Of a stretch of DNA of 33,019 bases, positions 25,016-33,019 are shown piece after piece (the first letter of the stretch is position 1; each line of letters begins with the position of its first letter). The notes below the pieces were generated by a model, which was given only the letters and a program-made list of their open reading frames with translations, was not told where the DNA came from and made no database searches. This DNA comes from a virus (Duplodnaviria > Caudoviricetes), in IMG/VR virus record IMGVR_UViG_3300048504_000667, positions 1 through 33,019 of that record; one strand, given 5' to 3'. The position numbers and the translations under genes are program-made.

Positions 25016-25507
25016 ATGGCCCACCCACCTATTAATCCACAAACGAATATCGGAAAACTTGCCGTAAATCTTTACGATCAAGATTTAGGGTTTCATGCCC
25101 ACGGAACACAAAGAGATGTGGATATCGGATTAATATCTGGTTGGCTAGAGGGGCACTTAGGGGAGCTCAACACTTTAATATTCACTTCGTTTAGCGGAGA
25201 CAACCCAGACGGACTAATGCTAGAAGAGCAGACTATATTGAGCGAGATGTATTTATCTAACTATAATAGAAAAGCGGAAAGAAACGCTTTAAGAAAAATG
25301 GATGGAGATGGTAAAACTGCAGGTTGGATAATGATTCAAGAGGGAGATTCTGTAATTAAAAAACCAAACACCCCCACGCCTAAATATTATCATGATGCAT
25401 ATGTGGCCTCACAAGAGAGGCTAAAAAACTTAATATATGCATATAATCTATACGGAGCAAAGCCAAAACAAGTCTCTGGGAAAGACTCGCCGACAGAACA
25501 AGAATAA
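25016..25507 (+). CDS. Hypothetical protein, possible head-completion/adaptor
   Basis: AGGAGG upstream; position after MCP. Confidence 0.65.
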   Translation: MAHPPINPQTNIGKLAVNLYDQDLGFHAHGTQRDVDIGLISGWLEGHLGELNTLIFTSFSGDNPDGLMLEEQTILSEMYLSNYNRKAERNALRKMDGDGKTAGWIMIQEGDSVIKKPNTPTPKYYHDAYVASQERLKNLIYAYNLYGAKPKQVSGKDSPTEQE

Positions 25508-25521
25508 ATTTACAAAATACA

Positions 25522-26031
25522 ATGAAAGAAAAAATGAACGAAACAAGAGCAGATTCAATCTATAAAAAAGCAAAATCAGAACTTTTTCACATTTGGAAAA
25601 AAGCTAGATTACTTTACGATATGATCAGCGAAGAAAGGGAGCTTCCTGATTCAGTAAAGAAGAATATCACTTCTGCATACGAAGCTATTGATGAATCAAT
25701 AAGGTATATTGAATATGAGGATATATTTCCTAGTAAAAAAGAAGATCTTGAGCAAGATACGGATAATAACTTTTTGACAAATCAAGATAAAAGATACCCA
25801 GTTCCAGTCAATTCAGAAAGCGGCGATCAATTTGTGACTAGGTGTATTCTAGACGCTAACATGAAAAAAAGATACCCAGTTCAAACGGACAGGTTCCAGG
25901 CTTGCATGCAAGTCTTTAACTCGTCCAGAAAAAAACCAACTTCTGGCCAAAACCCCGGAGAAAAGTTTGAGGACCCAATGGAGCCAAGATCTCCCGAAGT
26001 GAGTGACCCAATTAAACCTATTCTTCCTTGA
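25522..26031 (+). CDS. Hypothetical protein (169 aa)
   Basis: ORF; P...E...F+.RC...+P...R...C motif. Confidence 0.7.
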   Translation: MKEKMNETRADSIYKKAKSELFHIWKKARLLYDMISEERELPDSVKKNITSAYEAIDESIRYIEYEDIFPSKKEDLEQDTDNNFLTNQDKRYPVPVNSESGDQFVTRCILDANMKKRYPVQTDRFQACMQVFNSSRKKPTSGQNPGEKFEDPMEPRSPEVSDPIKPILP

Positions 26032-28480
26032 TTTTGTAAGTAATTTCGCCTTTATTTATAAAGAATTTTATTGATTGGTTTTCTGTAAGCTCTTTACTTA
26101 AGAGAAGCGTGGATAGTTTATTTTCTATGTTTTTTTGAATTAATCTTTGTATGGGTCGCGCTCCCATTTTTTCTTTTTCAGCTTGTTCTGATATGTGCTT
26201 GTTTAACGATGGAGTTAGCGATATATTTATATTTTTGATTTTTAGTTTTTCTTGAATTTTGTTCATTTCTAACTTGGTTATCTGCATCAATTCTTTAATG
26301 CTGAAATTGTCAAACATAATAATCTCATTTAATCTATTTAAAAACTCTGGCTTAAAGAACACCTTCAATTCTTCTTTTAGTTTATCTTTGGCGTGATCAG
26401 TAGAATTTCCAAAACCTATCGACGGTTTTATTATTTTTTCACTACCCACATTTCCTGTGAGTATAATTATGCAATTATTAAAATTAATCTTTCGTCCCGA
26501 GTTATCTGTTACGAAACCTTCTTCAAGAATTTGTAATAATATATTTAAGACCTCTGGATGAGCTTTCTCGATCTCATCAAATAGCACTACGCTGTATGGG
26601 TTTCTTCTTACTTTTTCCGTTAGCTCCCCTCCCTCTTCATACCCAACATAACCTGGCGATGCCCCAATTAATCTGCTGCAGGAAATTTTCTCAGAAAACT
26701 CACTCATATCTAACTGAATAAGTTTGTCTTCTCCGCCGTATACAAATTTTGCAATACATTTTGCTGTATGAGTTTTTCCTGTTCCGCTTGCCCCAACCAA
26801 TAAAAAACTTCCGACTGGTTTTTTTGGGTCTTGCAGCCCGGATTTTGATCTTAAAATCGACTCGGAAATTTCTTTTATAGATTCTTCTTGCCCGATAATA
26901 TTCTTATTTAAATGTTTAGCTAAAGAAAGGAGTTTTGTAGACTGTTTTTCAGACATTTCATTGACGGGCACACCTGTTCTTGCGCAGATCACTTCAAATA
27001 TATCTTTTTTGGTGACTTGTATTTTAGATTTTACAGTTTTTTTAACCCATTTTTCTATAATTCTATCGTACTCTTCCAGTAAAAATAATTGTTCGTCCTC
27101 AATCAAAGTCTTTGAGGCTCCGATCATTTCCATATTAGATTCTTTTAGAGCGAGGTTTTCTAGTTTTTTTTCTATATCTTTTGCTTCTTCTGGCCTCTGA
27201 ATGTTTTTTATTTTTACTTTAGAGCCCGCTTGATCCATAACATCAATAGCTTTATCAGGGAATTGTTTGTCTACCATGTATCTAGAAGTTAATTCAATAA
27301 TTAAATCAAGAGTTTCTTCAGGGTAGTGTATGCTGTGAAATTGTTCGTATTTTCTTTTTATTCCGGATATGATTTTCTTTGTCTCCGCCTTACTTGGCTG
27401 ATTAACTTTTACCGATTGAAATCTTCTGTCCAAAGCTCCATCCTTAAGAATGCTCTTTTTGTACTCGTCTTGAGTTGTCGCCCCAATGCACTTCAGCTCT
27501 CCTCTTGCAAGTAGAGGTTTAAGTAAATTAGCTGCATCCATGCTACCTTCTGCGCTACCAGCCCCAACAAGAGTATGTATTTCGTCTATAAATAAAATTA
27601 TACTTTTGTTTTTTTTAGCTTCGTCAATAATATTCTTTAACCTTTCTTCAAACTGACCTCTGTATTTAGTGCCAGCTATTAAGGACCCCAAGTCTAAGGA
27701 ATATATAACCTTGCCAAGTAAGAAATCGGGGGCTTCAGATTTAACTATTTTTTGGGCTAAGCCTTCTACTATAGCCGTTTTTCCAACCCCTGGCTCACCG
27801 AGTAACACCGGATTATTTTTAGTTCTTCTGCATAAAATTTCACAAACGCTAGAAACCTCTTCTTCTTTCCCTATTATTTGATCAAATTTACCTTGAATCG
27901 CAAGGAAATTAAGGTTTAGCGCATGTTTTTCTAAATTCTGAAGGCTAGTGTCTTTCACTTTTGGCTTAGGGGTTGAATAGTAAGGTTTTTCTTTTTTTTT
28001 GGTCGTATGGTCTTTAGAAAGATGCAGGTACTCTCTAACCTCTGATATAATATCTTCTTCTGACGCGTTAAAAGATTTAAAAAAGCTAGGAATTGAAGAA
28101 TCTTCAAATTTCAATAAAGCCAAAAGAATATGCTCTAAACCTACATATTCATGCTCTAGCTTTTCGCTTATTGAGGCTGAAACTTTTAGTATGAGATGGA
28201 AATCTTCACTATAAGAAGGGGATTCATTCCCTTTGGGGTAAAACTCTAAGTTTTGAAGCCCAATTGATAGTTCATCTTCCACTACTTTTTTAAGTTGTTC
28301 TTGATTAATGTTTAATAAATATAATATTTCGCTTAAAATTCCTGCATTTAATTTTACCATTCCGAAAAATAAATGCTCTATTGATACGAATTCGCTTTGA
28401 TACTTTTTGGCAACTTTTTTAGCTTCGTTTATCGCTTGCTGAGCGCGCGGCGTAAAGTTAGGTTTTGGAGTCATCTTCAT
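26018..28480 (-). CDS. clpC: ClpC/ClpA-type AAA+ unfoldase (start possibly 28474)
   Basis: Clp-N repeats, GEPGVGKT and GASGTGKT Walker A motifs, [27 protein letters not shown] ClpP-docking loop. Confidence 0.92.
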   Translation of the reverse strand: MKMTPKPNFTPRAQQAINEAKKVAKKYQSEFVSIEHLFFGMVKLNAGILSEILYLLNINQEQLKKVVEDELSIGLQNLEFYPKGNESPSYSEDFHLILKVSASISEKLEHEYVGLEHILLALLKFEDSSIPSFFKSFNASEEDIISEVREYLHLSKDHTTKKKEKPYYSTPKPKVKDTSLQNLEKHALNLNFLAIQGKFDQIIGKEEEVSSVCEILCRRTKNNPVLLGEPGVGKTAIVEGLAQKIVKSEAPDFLLGKVIYSLDLGSLIAGTKYRGQFEERLKNIIDEAKKNKSIILFIDEIHTLVGAGSAEGSMDAANLLKPLLARGELKCIGATTQDEYKKSILKDGALDRRFQSVKVNQPSKAETKKIISGIKRKYEQFHSIHYPEETLDLIIELTSRYMVDKQFPDKAIDVMDQAGSKVKIKNIQRPEEAKDIEKKLENLALKESNMEMIGASKTLIEDEQLFLLEEYDRIIEKWVKKTVKSKIQVTKKDIFEVICARTGVPVNEMSEKQSTKLLSLAKHLNKNIIGQEESIKEISESILRSKSGLQDPKKPVGSFLLVGASGTGKTHTAKCIAKFVYGGEDKLIQLDMSEFSEKISCSRLIGASPGYVGYEEGGELTEKVRRNPYSVVLFDEIEKAHPEVLNILLQILEEGFVTDNSGRKINFNNCIIILTGNVGSEKIIKPSIGFGNSTDHAKDKLKEELKVFFKPEFLNRLNEIIMFDNFSIKELMQITKLEMNKIQEKLKIKNINISLTPSLNKHISEQAEKEKMGARPIQRLIQKNIENKLSTLLLSKELTENQSIKFFINKGEITYKIKEE

Positions 28481-28494
28481 CTTTTACACCTGTT

Positions 28495-31053
28495 TCACTT
28501 GACTTCAGACATTTTCATGTATATCTTTTCGTCCATAATTTTTATCGAGTCTAGAAATATTATATCCTCCGCCTTTCTTCCGTAAGCCACTACAATATTT
28601 TTTTTAGCTGGAGCTTTGCTGTTTTTTTCAAAATACCTGTCGTAGAAATTACCCCTTCTTGAGTTTAACAACATGGCGCTGTACCTCCCGTTTTCATCTG
28701 CAATTTGAAGCTTAATATATTTATTACCGTTTCTCGAAGTAGCCTTTAAGCAGTCTTCTATAACTCCGATAAACTTACCTGTCTCATCTAAATTCATAAG
28801 TTCCAAGTCAACAGAATCTTTTAAATCTTTAAAAGTATCGGTAAAACAAGACTTTAGCCTTGAGCTATGGCTATATCCTAAAAGTTCATTTTCGAAATAC
28901 CAATTGGCGAATGTTTCATACCTTTTATTTTTATCGTAAATTGATTTATACAAGTCGTATTTCTTTTTAAATGTTTTAAACCTTGACTCTTTCATTAATG
29001 GCTTTCCATCTTCTCCCACCATGGATTGGTTTTTAGCATCCGATATGCAATTTAGTAATTTAAAATCATATTCTTCACCTAATAGGATGAAGTTTCTCTT
29101 CTCTCTTTCCGTTAAAAGGTTAAATGCCTGCGCCTCGAGGGCCATAAGCGATCTGTTTGAACCCTTACTCTCTAAGGCTCCTGCTTGAATTAGGGAAGAT
29201 AGTATTCCAATATTCAAACCAGCCTGCTTTGCTGCTAAAAATATATCGTATTTATTTGGAGTTTCACTCGATCGAAAGTCTCTTAGTGATTGTAAAGATT
29301 TCTCGCTAACTCCTTTTATGCTATTTAATCCAAACCTGATGTCCTTACCCTCTATCGAAAAATCCATTTTTGATTTAGCTAAATCTGGAGACAGCAGTTT
29401 GATTCCAAAGTTAGAAAGCTCCTTGGATATCGAGGAGATTTCTTCTTGAGGGGCTGGCTCATATTTGGTCATCCTAAGTAAAGATATAAAAAACTGCTGT
29501 GGATGTTTAAATTTTAAATAAGTAGTCCATGCCGCAAGAGTCGCATACGCCAAAGAATGAGATTTATTAAATGAATAGTTTGCGCTGTCTTCTGCGACAC
29601 TCCAAAGGATATCTCCCACTTCAGTCGGTAAATCATTGTCGATTATTTTTTGCTGAATCTTAGCTTGCCACGCCGGCATTTGATCAATTTTCTTTTTACC
29701 TACAATTCTTCTCAGTTGTTCAGACTCATCCAAGGTGAAACCAACTTTTACCGCCATTTGCATAAGTTGCTCCTGATAAAGCGGAATTCCTCCGGTATAA
29801 TCAAGAACATCCCTAAAAAATTCATGAATAACCTGAGGTTCTTCAGTTTGCGAATATGTGGAATAAGAATCCAAGAAGTCTAAAGCTCCTGGTCTGCCAA
29901 TTGCAACTACTGCGCTTAATTGCTCAAGGTCTCTAGGTTTTATTTTTTTACAAACTCTAAAATTTGTATCAGACTCCAATTGAAAAAGTCCATGCGGAGA
30001 TTTGAGAGATTGCAAGGGTTTGAAAATATCAGGGTTATTTAAGTCCAGCTCGGATATATCTTCTTCGATATTTTTGCATACATCATATATAACGCTAAGG
30101 GTTCTGAGCCCTAAAATATCGAACTTAACCATTAATTCTGAAACCCAGTTCATATCGTAACCCGTAACCAATGCTCCATCATTAGTTTTTTGCACGGGGC
30201 AAATATCAGTTATTGTATCAAAAGAAATCGCAATACCACTTGGGTGTACTCCTGTGTTTTTATTTAAACCTTCCAATTTTAAAGCTATTTCAAAAACTTC
30301 TGAATTCTCAGCTGACCATTCTGCGAATTTTTCACTTTCAATTATCGCAGTAGATATCGGTACGACAACTCCAAACTTTTTTGGAATATTTGAGCTAACT
30401 AAATTTACATCTTGCTCTGATAATTCACCCACAATTTTACCACACTCTTTAACACAAAGCTTTCCGCTTAAGGTGTTTAGGGTTAATATCTTCGCGGTTC
30501 TAGAGGGGTGCTTTCTTTCGATGTATTCTATAACTTCTATCCTTCTTTCGTATGCAATATCATTATCAACATCAGCTAATAAGCTTCCATCTAGGTAAGT
30601 TACTCCATCTTGTTCTATTTTCTTCGCTCTGCTTTTCGATACAAATCTTTCAAAGAATAAGTTATACTTAACGGGATCTACGTCTGTAACGCCAATTAAA
30701 TAAAGAACAAGCGAACCTGCCGCAGACCCTCTTCCTGGGCCAGTAGGAATATCGTTTTCATGGCAGAAATTAATAATATCCCAATTCAAAAGAATATAAT
30801 CAATAAAACCTAGTTCATTTAATATTTTTAATTCTGATTTTGCACGATCAAAATAATCTTTTTTATTTTTATATTTATCTATTCCTTTATCGTATACTCC
30901 TTTATGGCATAGCTTACGAAGAAAGTCGTAATTAGATATGGTATTATCTGCTTCGAGAATATCATAATACTTTTGCTCGATTTCAATCTCAGGCAACCTT
31001 ACGCCTGGAGGGCAACACTCTTTGTAGTCTGTAAATTGATCTATAAAACTCAT
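28495..31053 (-). CDS. dnaE: DNA polymerase III alpha core lacking the PHP domain (start revised to 31053)
   Basis: GPGRGSAAGSLV, FERF, DVDND, HPSG, KFDILGL, YQEQLM, FNKSHS, C-terminal OB fold; ATGA overlap. Confidence 0.93.
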   Translation of the reverse strand: MSFIDQFTDYKECCPPGVRLPEIEIEQKYYDILEADNTISNYDFLRKLCHKGVYDKGIDKYKNKKDYFDRAKSELKILNELGFIDYILLNWDIINFCHENDIPTGPGRGSAAGSLVLYLIGVTDVDPVKYNLFFERFVSKSRAKKIEQDGVTYLDGSLLADVDNDIAYERRIEVIEYIERKHPSRTAKILTLNTLSGKLCVKECGKIVGELSEQDVNLVSSNIPKKFGVVVPISTAIIESEKFAEWSAENSEVFEIALKLEGLNKNTGVHPSGIAISFDTITDICPVQKTNDGALVTGYDMNWVSELMVKFDILGLRTLSVIYDVCKNIEEDISELDLNNPDIFKPLQSLKSPHGLFQLESDTNFRVCKKIKPRDLEQLSAVVAIGRPGALDFLDSYSTYSQTEEPQVIHEFFRDVLDYTGGIPLYQEQLMQMAVKVGFTLDESEQLRRIVGKKKIDQMPAWQAKIQQKIIDNDLPTEVGDILWSVAEDSANYSFNKSHSLAYATLAAWTTYLKFKHPQQFFISLLRMTKYEPAPQEEISSISKELSNFGIKLLSPDLAKSKMDFSIEGKDIRFGLNSIKGVSEKSLQSLRDFRSSETPNKYDIFLAAKQAGLNIGILSSLIQAGALESKGSNRSLMALEAQAFNLLTEREKRNFILLGEEYDFKLLNCISDAKNQSMVGEDGKPLMKESRFKTFKKKYDLYKSIYDKNKRYETFANWYFENELLGYSHSSRLKSCFTDTFKDLKDSVDLELMNLDETGKFIGVIEDCLKATSRNGNKYIKLQIADENGRYSAMLLNSRRGNFYDRYFEKNSKAPAKKNIVVAYGRKAEDIIFLDSIKIMDEKIYMKMSEVK

Positions 31054-31697
31054 ACTTCTATCTCCCATATCATTTTCTTAAAAACTTCATAATTAACTCT
31101 AATGTCATATAATGCGTCATGTAATTTGGTTGCGTCAAAAGGAACGTCAAAGTCCTTGCAGCACTGTTTAAGGTTGCAGGAGAGCCCTCTTTCAATTAAA
31201 TGGTTTAATCTATACTGCCAGGCTAGGAGGTTATCCTCTTTATTTAATTTAATTTGTTTTTTTACAGCCTTGGCTAGGCAGAGTGTATCGACTAACTGTT
31301 CTGAATAACTAAAATCAGACTTGGCTTTAGGGTCGATCAATTTTCTATGCAAATTATGCATATATACATCAAAGCCCAATAAATTATGCCCGACCTTAAT
31401 ATATGAATCGTCATAAAGATATTTTTCAAAATGCTCTAACGCTTCTTTTGGGTCAACCGCGTTCTTTTTATATTTCGCTTCAGTAAATCCCGTGATCTTT
31501 GCTGCCTCCGGCGAGACCCTTAAGTCATCCCACTTTAACCAATAATCTTTTTCTTCTACAATTTTACCGCCGTCTACAACCAAAAAAGCCAGTTGCCAAG
31601 GTTTGTTGTGGCCAGAAATTAAATTTAGATTACATGTTTCGTAATCAAATAGTAAATACTTTTGTTTCTTTTTGAATCTGAGTAATGTTTCTTTCAT
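31050..31697 (-). CDS. DEDDh 3'-5' exonuclease (DnaQ/epsilon-like)
   Basis: FDYET, GHN...FD, DTL, HDALYD motifs. Confidence 0.9.
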   Translation of the reverse strand: MKETLLRFKKKQKYLLFDYETCNLNLISGHNKPWQLAFLVVDGGKIVEEKDYWLKWDDLRVSPEAAKITGFTEAKYKKNAVDPKEALEHFEKYLYDDSYIKVGHNLLGFDVYMHNLHRKLIDPKAKSDFSYSEQLVDTLCLAKAVKKQIKLNKEDNLLAWQYRLNHLIERGLSCNLKQCCKDFDVPFDATKLHDALYDIRVNYEVFKKMIWEIEV

Positions 31698-32456
31698 TTA
31701 GTTATTCTCTTTCCAGCTCTCAAAGCAGAATTCGTCACTGCCGAAATGATCTAGGTTGGGTTTTGATAATGTTTTATTTCCAAATGTACGACCTGTTATA
31801 CATTTGTATGTTTGTAAAGCTGATACATCTTTTTTATTTTTGTAATAAATGCTTTTTGTTAATTCTGTATTGAAGTTATTTTCTTTGCAGAATTTTAGCA
31901 CATTCGCTCTTAGTAATAAATCAAACGGAAGGCCATTGTTCTCCAAAAAGAATGTTGGCTTCGTGAATGAGAAATTTGGCGTGCAGCTGCTAAATTTAAT
32001 TGTATTATTAAATATGAACGAATCATAAAAAGGTATTGCGAGGGTTAAATTTTTATTGCTCCAGTGTTTTTTGAGAATTTTCTGATCAACCGCATTAAAC
32101 GATTCCGAAAAAGCTTCGCTATATATTGAATTCAATAAAGTGCAACCTTCGGAGTTTTTTGCGAAGATAACTATTTTATGTCTGGATTTTACAGACTCTT
32201 CTTTTGGGTTTATTAATGCATTTTCGCACATATCCAACCTTAACCCAAAAACTAATTTAATTCCCATTGAGTCTGCTATTTTTTTTGCCTGAAGAAAGCC
32301 TGTTAGGGAATCTTCTACTAGGACAACCCTATCGAGATTATTATCTTTAGCTATAGAGAAAACGCTGTCAGATTTCCCTTCTTTATGATTAGATGGGTCA
32401 TCTAGGGTTAGAATACTTTTTCCTATTGAGAAATGACTTTTAAATAATGGTAACAT
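31698..32456 (-). CDS. Stand-alone PHP-like N-terminal domain of DnaE
   Basis: SHFSIGKSILTL, GIKLVFGL, IVIFAKNSEG..LL..I.S align to the DnaE N-terminus. Confidence 0.8.
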   Translation of the reverse strand: MLPLFKSHFSIGKSILTLDDPSNHKEGKSDSVFSIAKDNNLDRVVLVEDSLTGFLQAKKIADSMGIKLVFGLRLDMCENALINPKEESVKSRHKIVIFAKNSEGCTLLNSIYSEAFSESFNAVDQKILKKHWSNKNLTLAIPFYDSFIFNNTIKFSSCTPNFSFTKPTFFLENNGLPFDLLLRANVLKFCKENNFNTELTKSIYYKNKKDVSALQTYKCITGRTFGNKTLSKPNLDHFGSDEFCFESWKENN

Positions 32457-32462
32457 GTATAC

Positions 32463-32491
32463 ATTTTAGCAGAAATAAATTATATTGTCAA
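32463..32491 (-). promoter_or_regulatory. sigma70-type leaderless promoter of the polymerase operon
   Basis: TTGACA, 17 bp, TAAAAT with TGn extension, 6 nt, ATG 32456. Confidence 0.8.
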
Positions 32492-32501
32492 GCCTATAAA
32501 C

Positions 32502-32524
32502 AAAAAAGCCGCCCGTAGGCGGCT
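32502..32524 (-). terminator. Intrinsic terminator after RNR beta
   Basis: AGCCGCC-TACG-GGCGGCT-TTTTT on the minus strand. Confidence 0.88.
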
Positions 32525-32545
32525 GGCCATAACTAATAACCAAAA

Positions 32546-33019
32546 TTAAAAATCGTCGTCAAGCGAGCCGCTTTGTTGGTACTCCCGAACCCTTCTCTCG
32601 AAAAAGTTGCCCATTGCTTGAACATCTACAACTTCACCCAACCAAGGGAAGGGGTTTTTATCGCTCGGAAACCTATAGTCTAGCCCTATAGCTTCTAGTC
32701 TCCTATTACCTATGTAATGCATATAGTCAACAAACATATCCGCATTAAGCCCTAAAATTCCTGTGGGTAAAACGTCGTGAGCATAAGCGATTTCAAGCTC
32801 TACTGCTTTTTTCATATGCTCTACAAATTCATCTTGCATTTTCTTAGTCCAAATAGAGGGCTCTTGCTCAATAATTGTATTAATCACATAAGTTCCGAAA
32901 GCTATATGTGAGCTTTCATCTCTCAGTGTGTATTTTATTTGATCTGATATTCCTTGAAGCTTATTTTGTCTACCTAAGGCTAAAAGCATAGCGAACCCGC
33001 TAAAGAAAAAAGTACCTTC
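32546..33019 (-). CDS. nrdB: Class I ribonucleotide reductase beta subunit, 3' part (5' end beyond window)
   Basis: EGTFFFSGF, RDESSH, NFFERRVREYQ motifs; frame open to the window edge. Confidence 0.92.
   Translation of the reverse strand, partial: EGTFFFSGFAMLLALGRQNKLQGISDQIKYTLRDESSHIAFGTYVINTIIEQEPSIWTKKMQDEFVEHMKKAVELEIAYAHDVLPTGILGLNADMFVDYMHYIGNRRLEAIGLDYRFPSDKNPFPWLGEVVDVQAMGNFFERRVREYQQSGSLDDDF

Noticed and set aside
31695-31700. Genome-wide stop-codon reassignment suggested by the in-frame TAA-ATG junction
   Set aside because: Core genes are intact under the standard code, and TAA, TAG and TGA all end genes here
1-33019. tRNA, rRNA, introns, inteins, IS elements
   Set aside because: None recognisable by eye; intergenic gaps are short and terL, dnaE and clpC appear uninterrupted. 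A covariance-model search was not possible

Overview
This AT-rich window is a segment of a large tailed dsDNA bacteriophage genome. A Trp-rich C-terminal domain on an M64 peptidase hints at a Verrucomicrobia/Opitutales host (inference). Layout: (1) 1-2420, a minus-strand array of tiny orphan genes, nearly each with its own near-consensus sigma70 promoter and mostly leaderless, three starting MIKN(N)K; (2) ~2440-2700, a strand-switch region with a 27-bp dyad motif and G/C tracts; (3) phoH, a membrane-tethered subtilisin with a PEPK spacer, and putative virion/tail-fibre/lectin genes; (4) an M64 peptidase moron and an orphan Xre/MbcA/ParS-like antitoxin domain; (5) a candidate lysis cassette (holin-like, u-spanin-like, TM-GAF/T4-T-like); (6) a phage sigma factor with a Cys-rich insertion, an ERCC4 nuclease, terminase large subunit, prohead protease/scaffold, decoration protein and major capsid protein; (7) minus-strand ClpC-type ATPase, a DnaE split into PHP / DEDDh exonuclease / polymerase core, and a partial RNR beta gene. 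The strongest unexplained structure is a two-tier near-leaderless transcription code: TTGAC(T/A)-17-TAnnnT-(5-7 nt)-ATG for early-type genes, and GTGTA-(9-11 nt AT-rich)-ATG for late-type genes, plausibly read by the phage sigma. All calls come from motif reading; no database searches were run.
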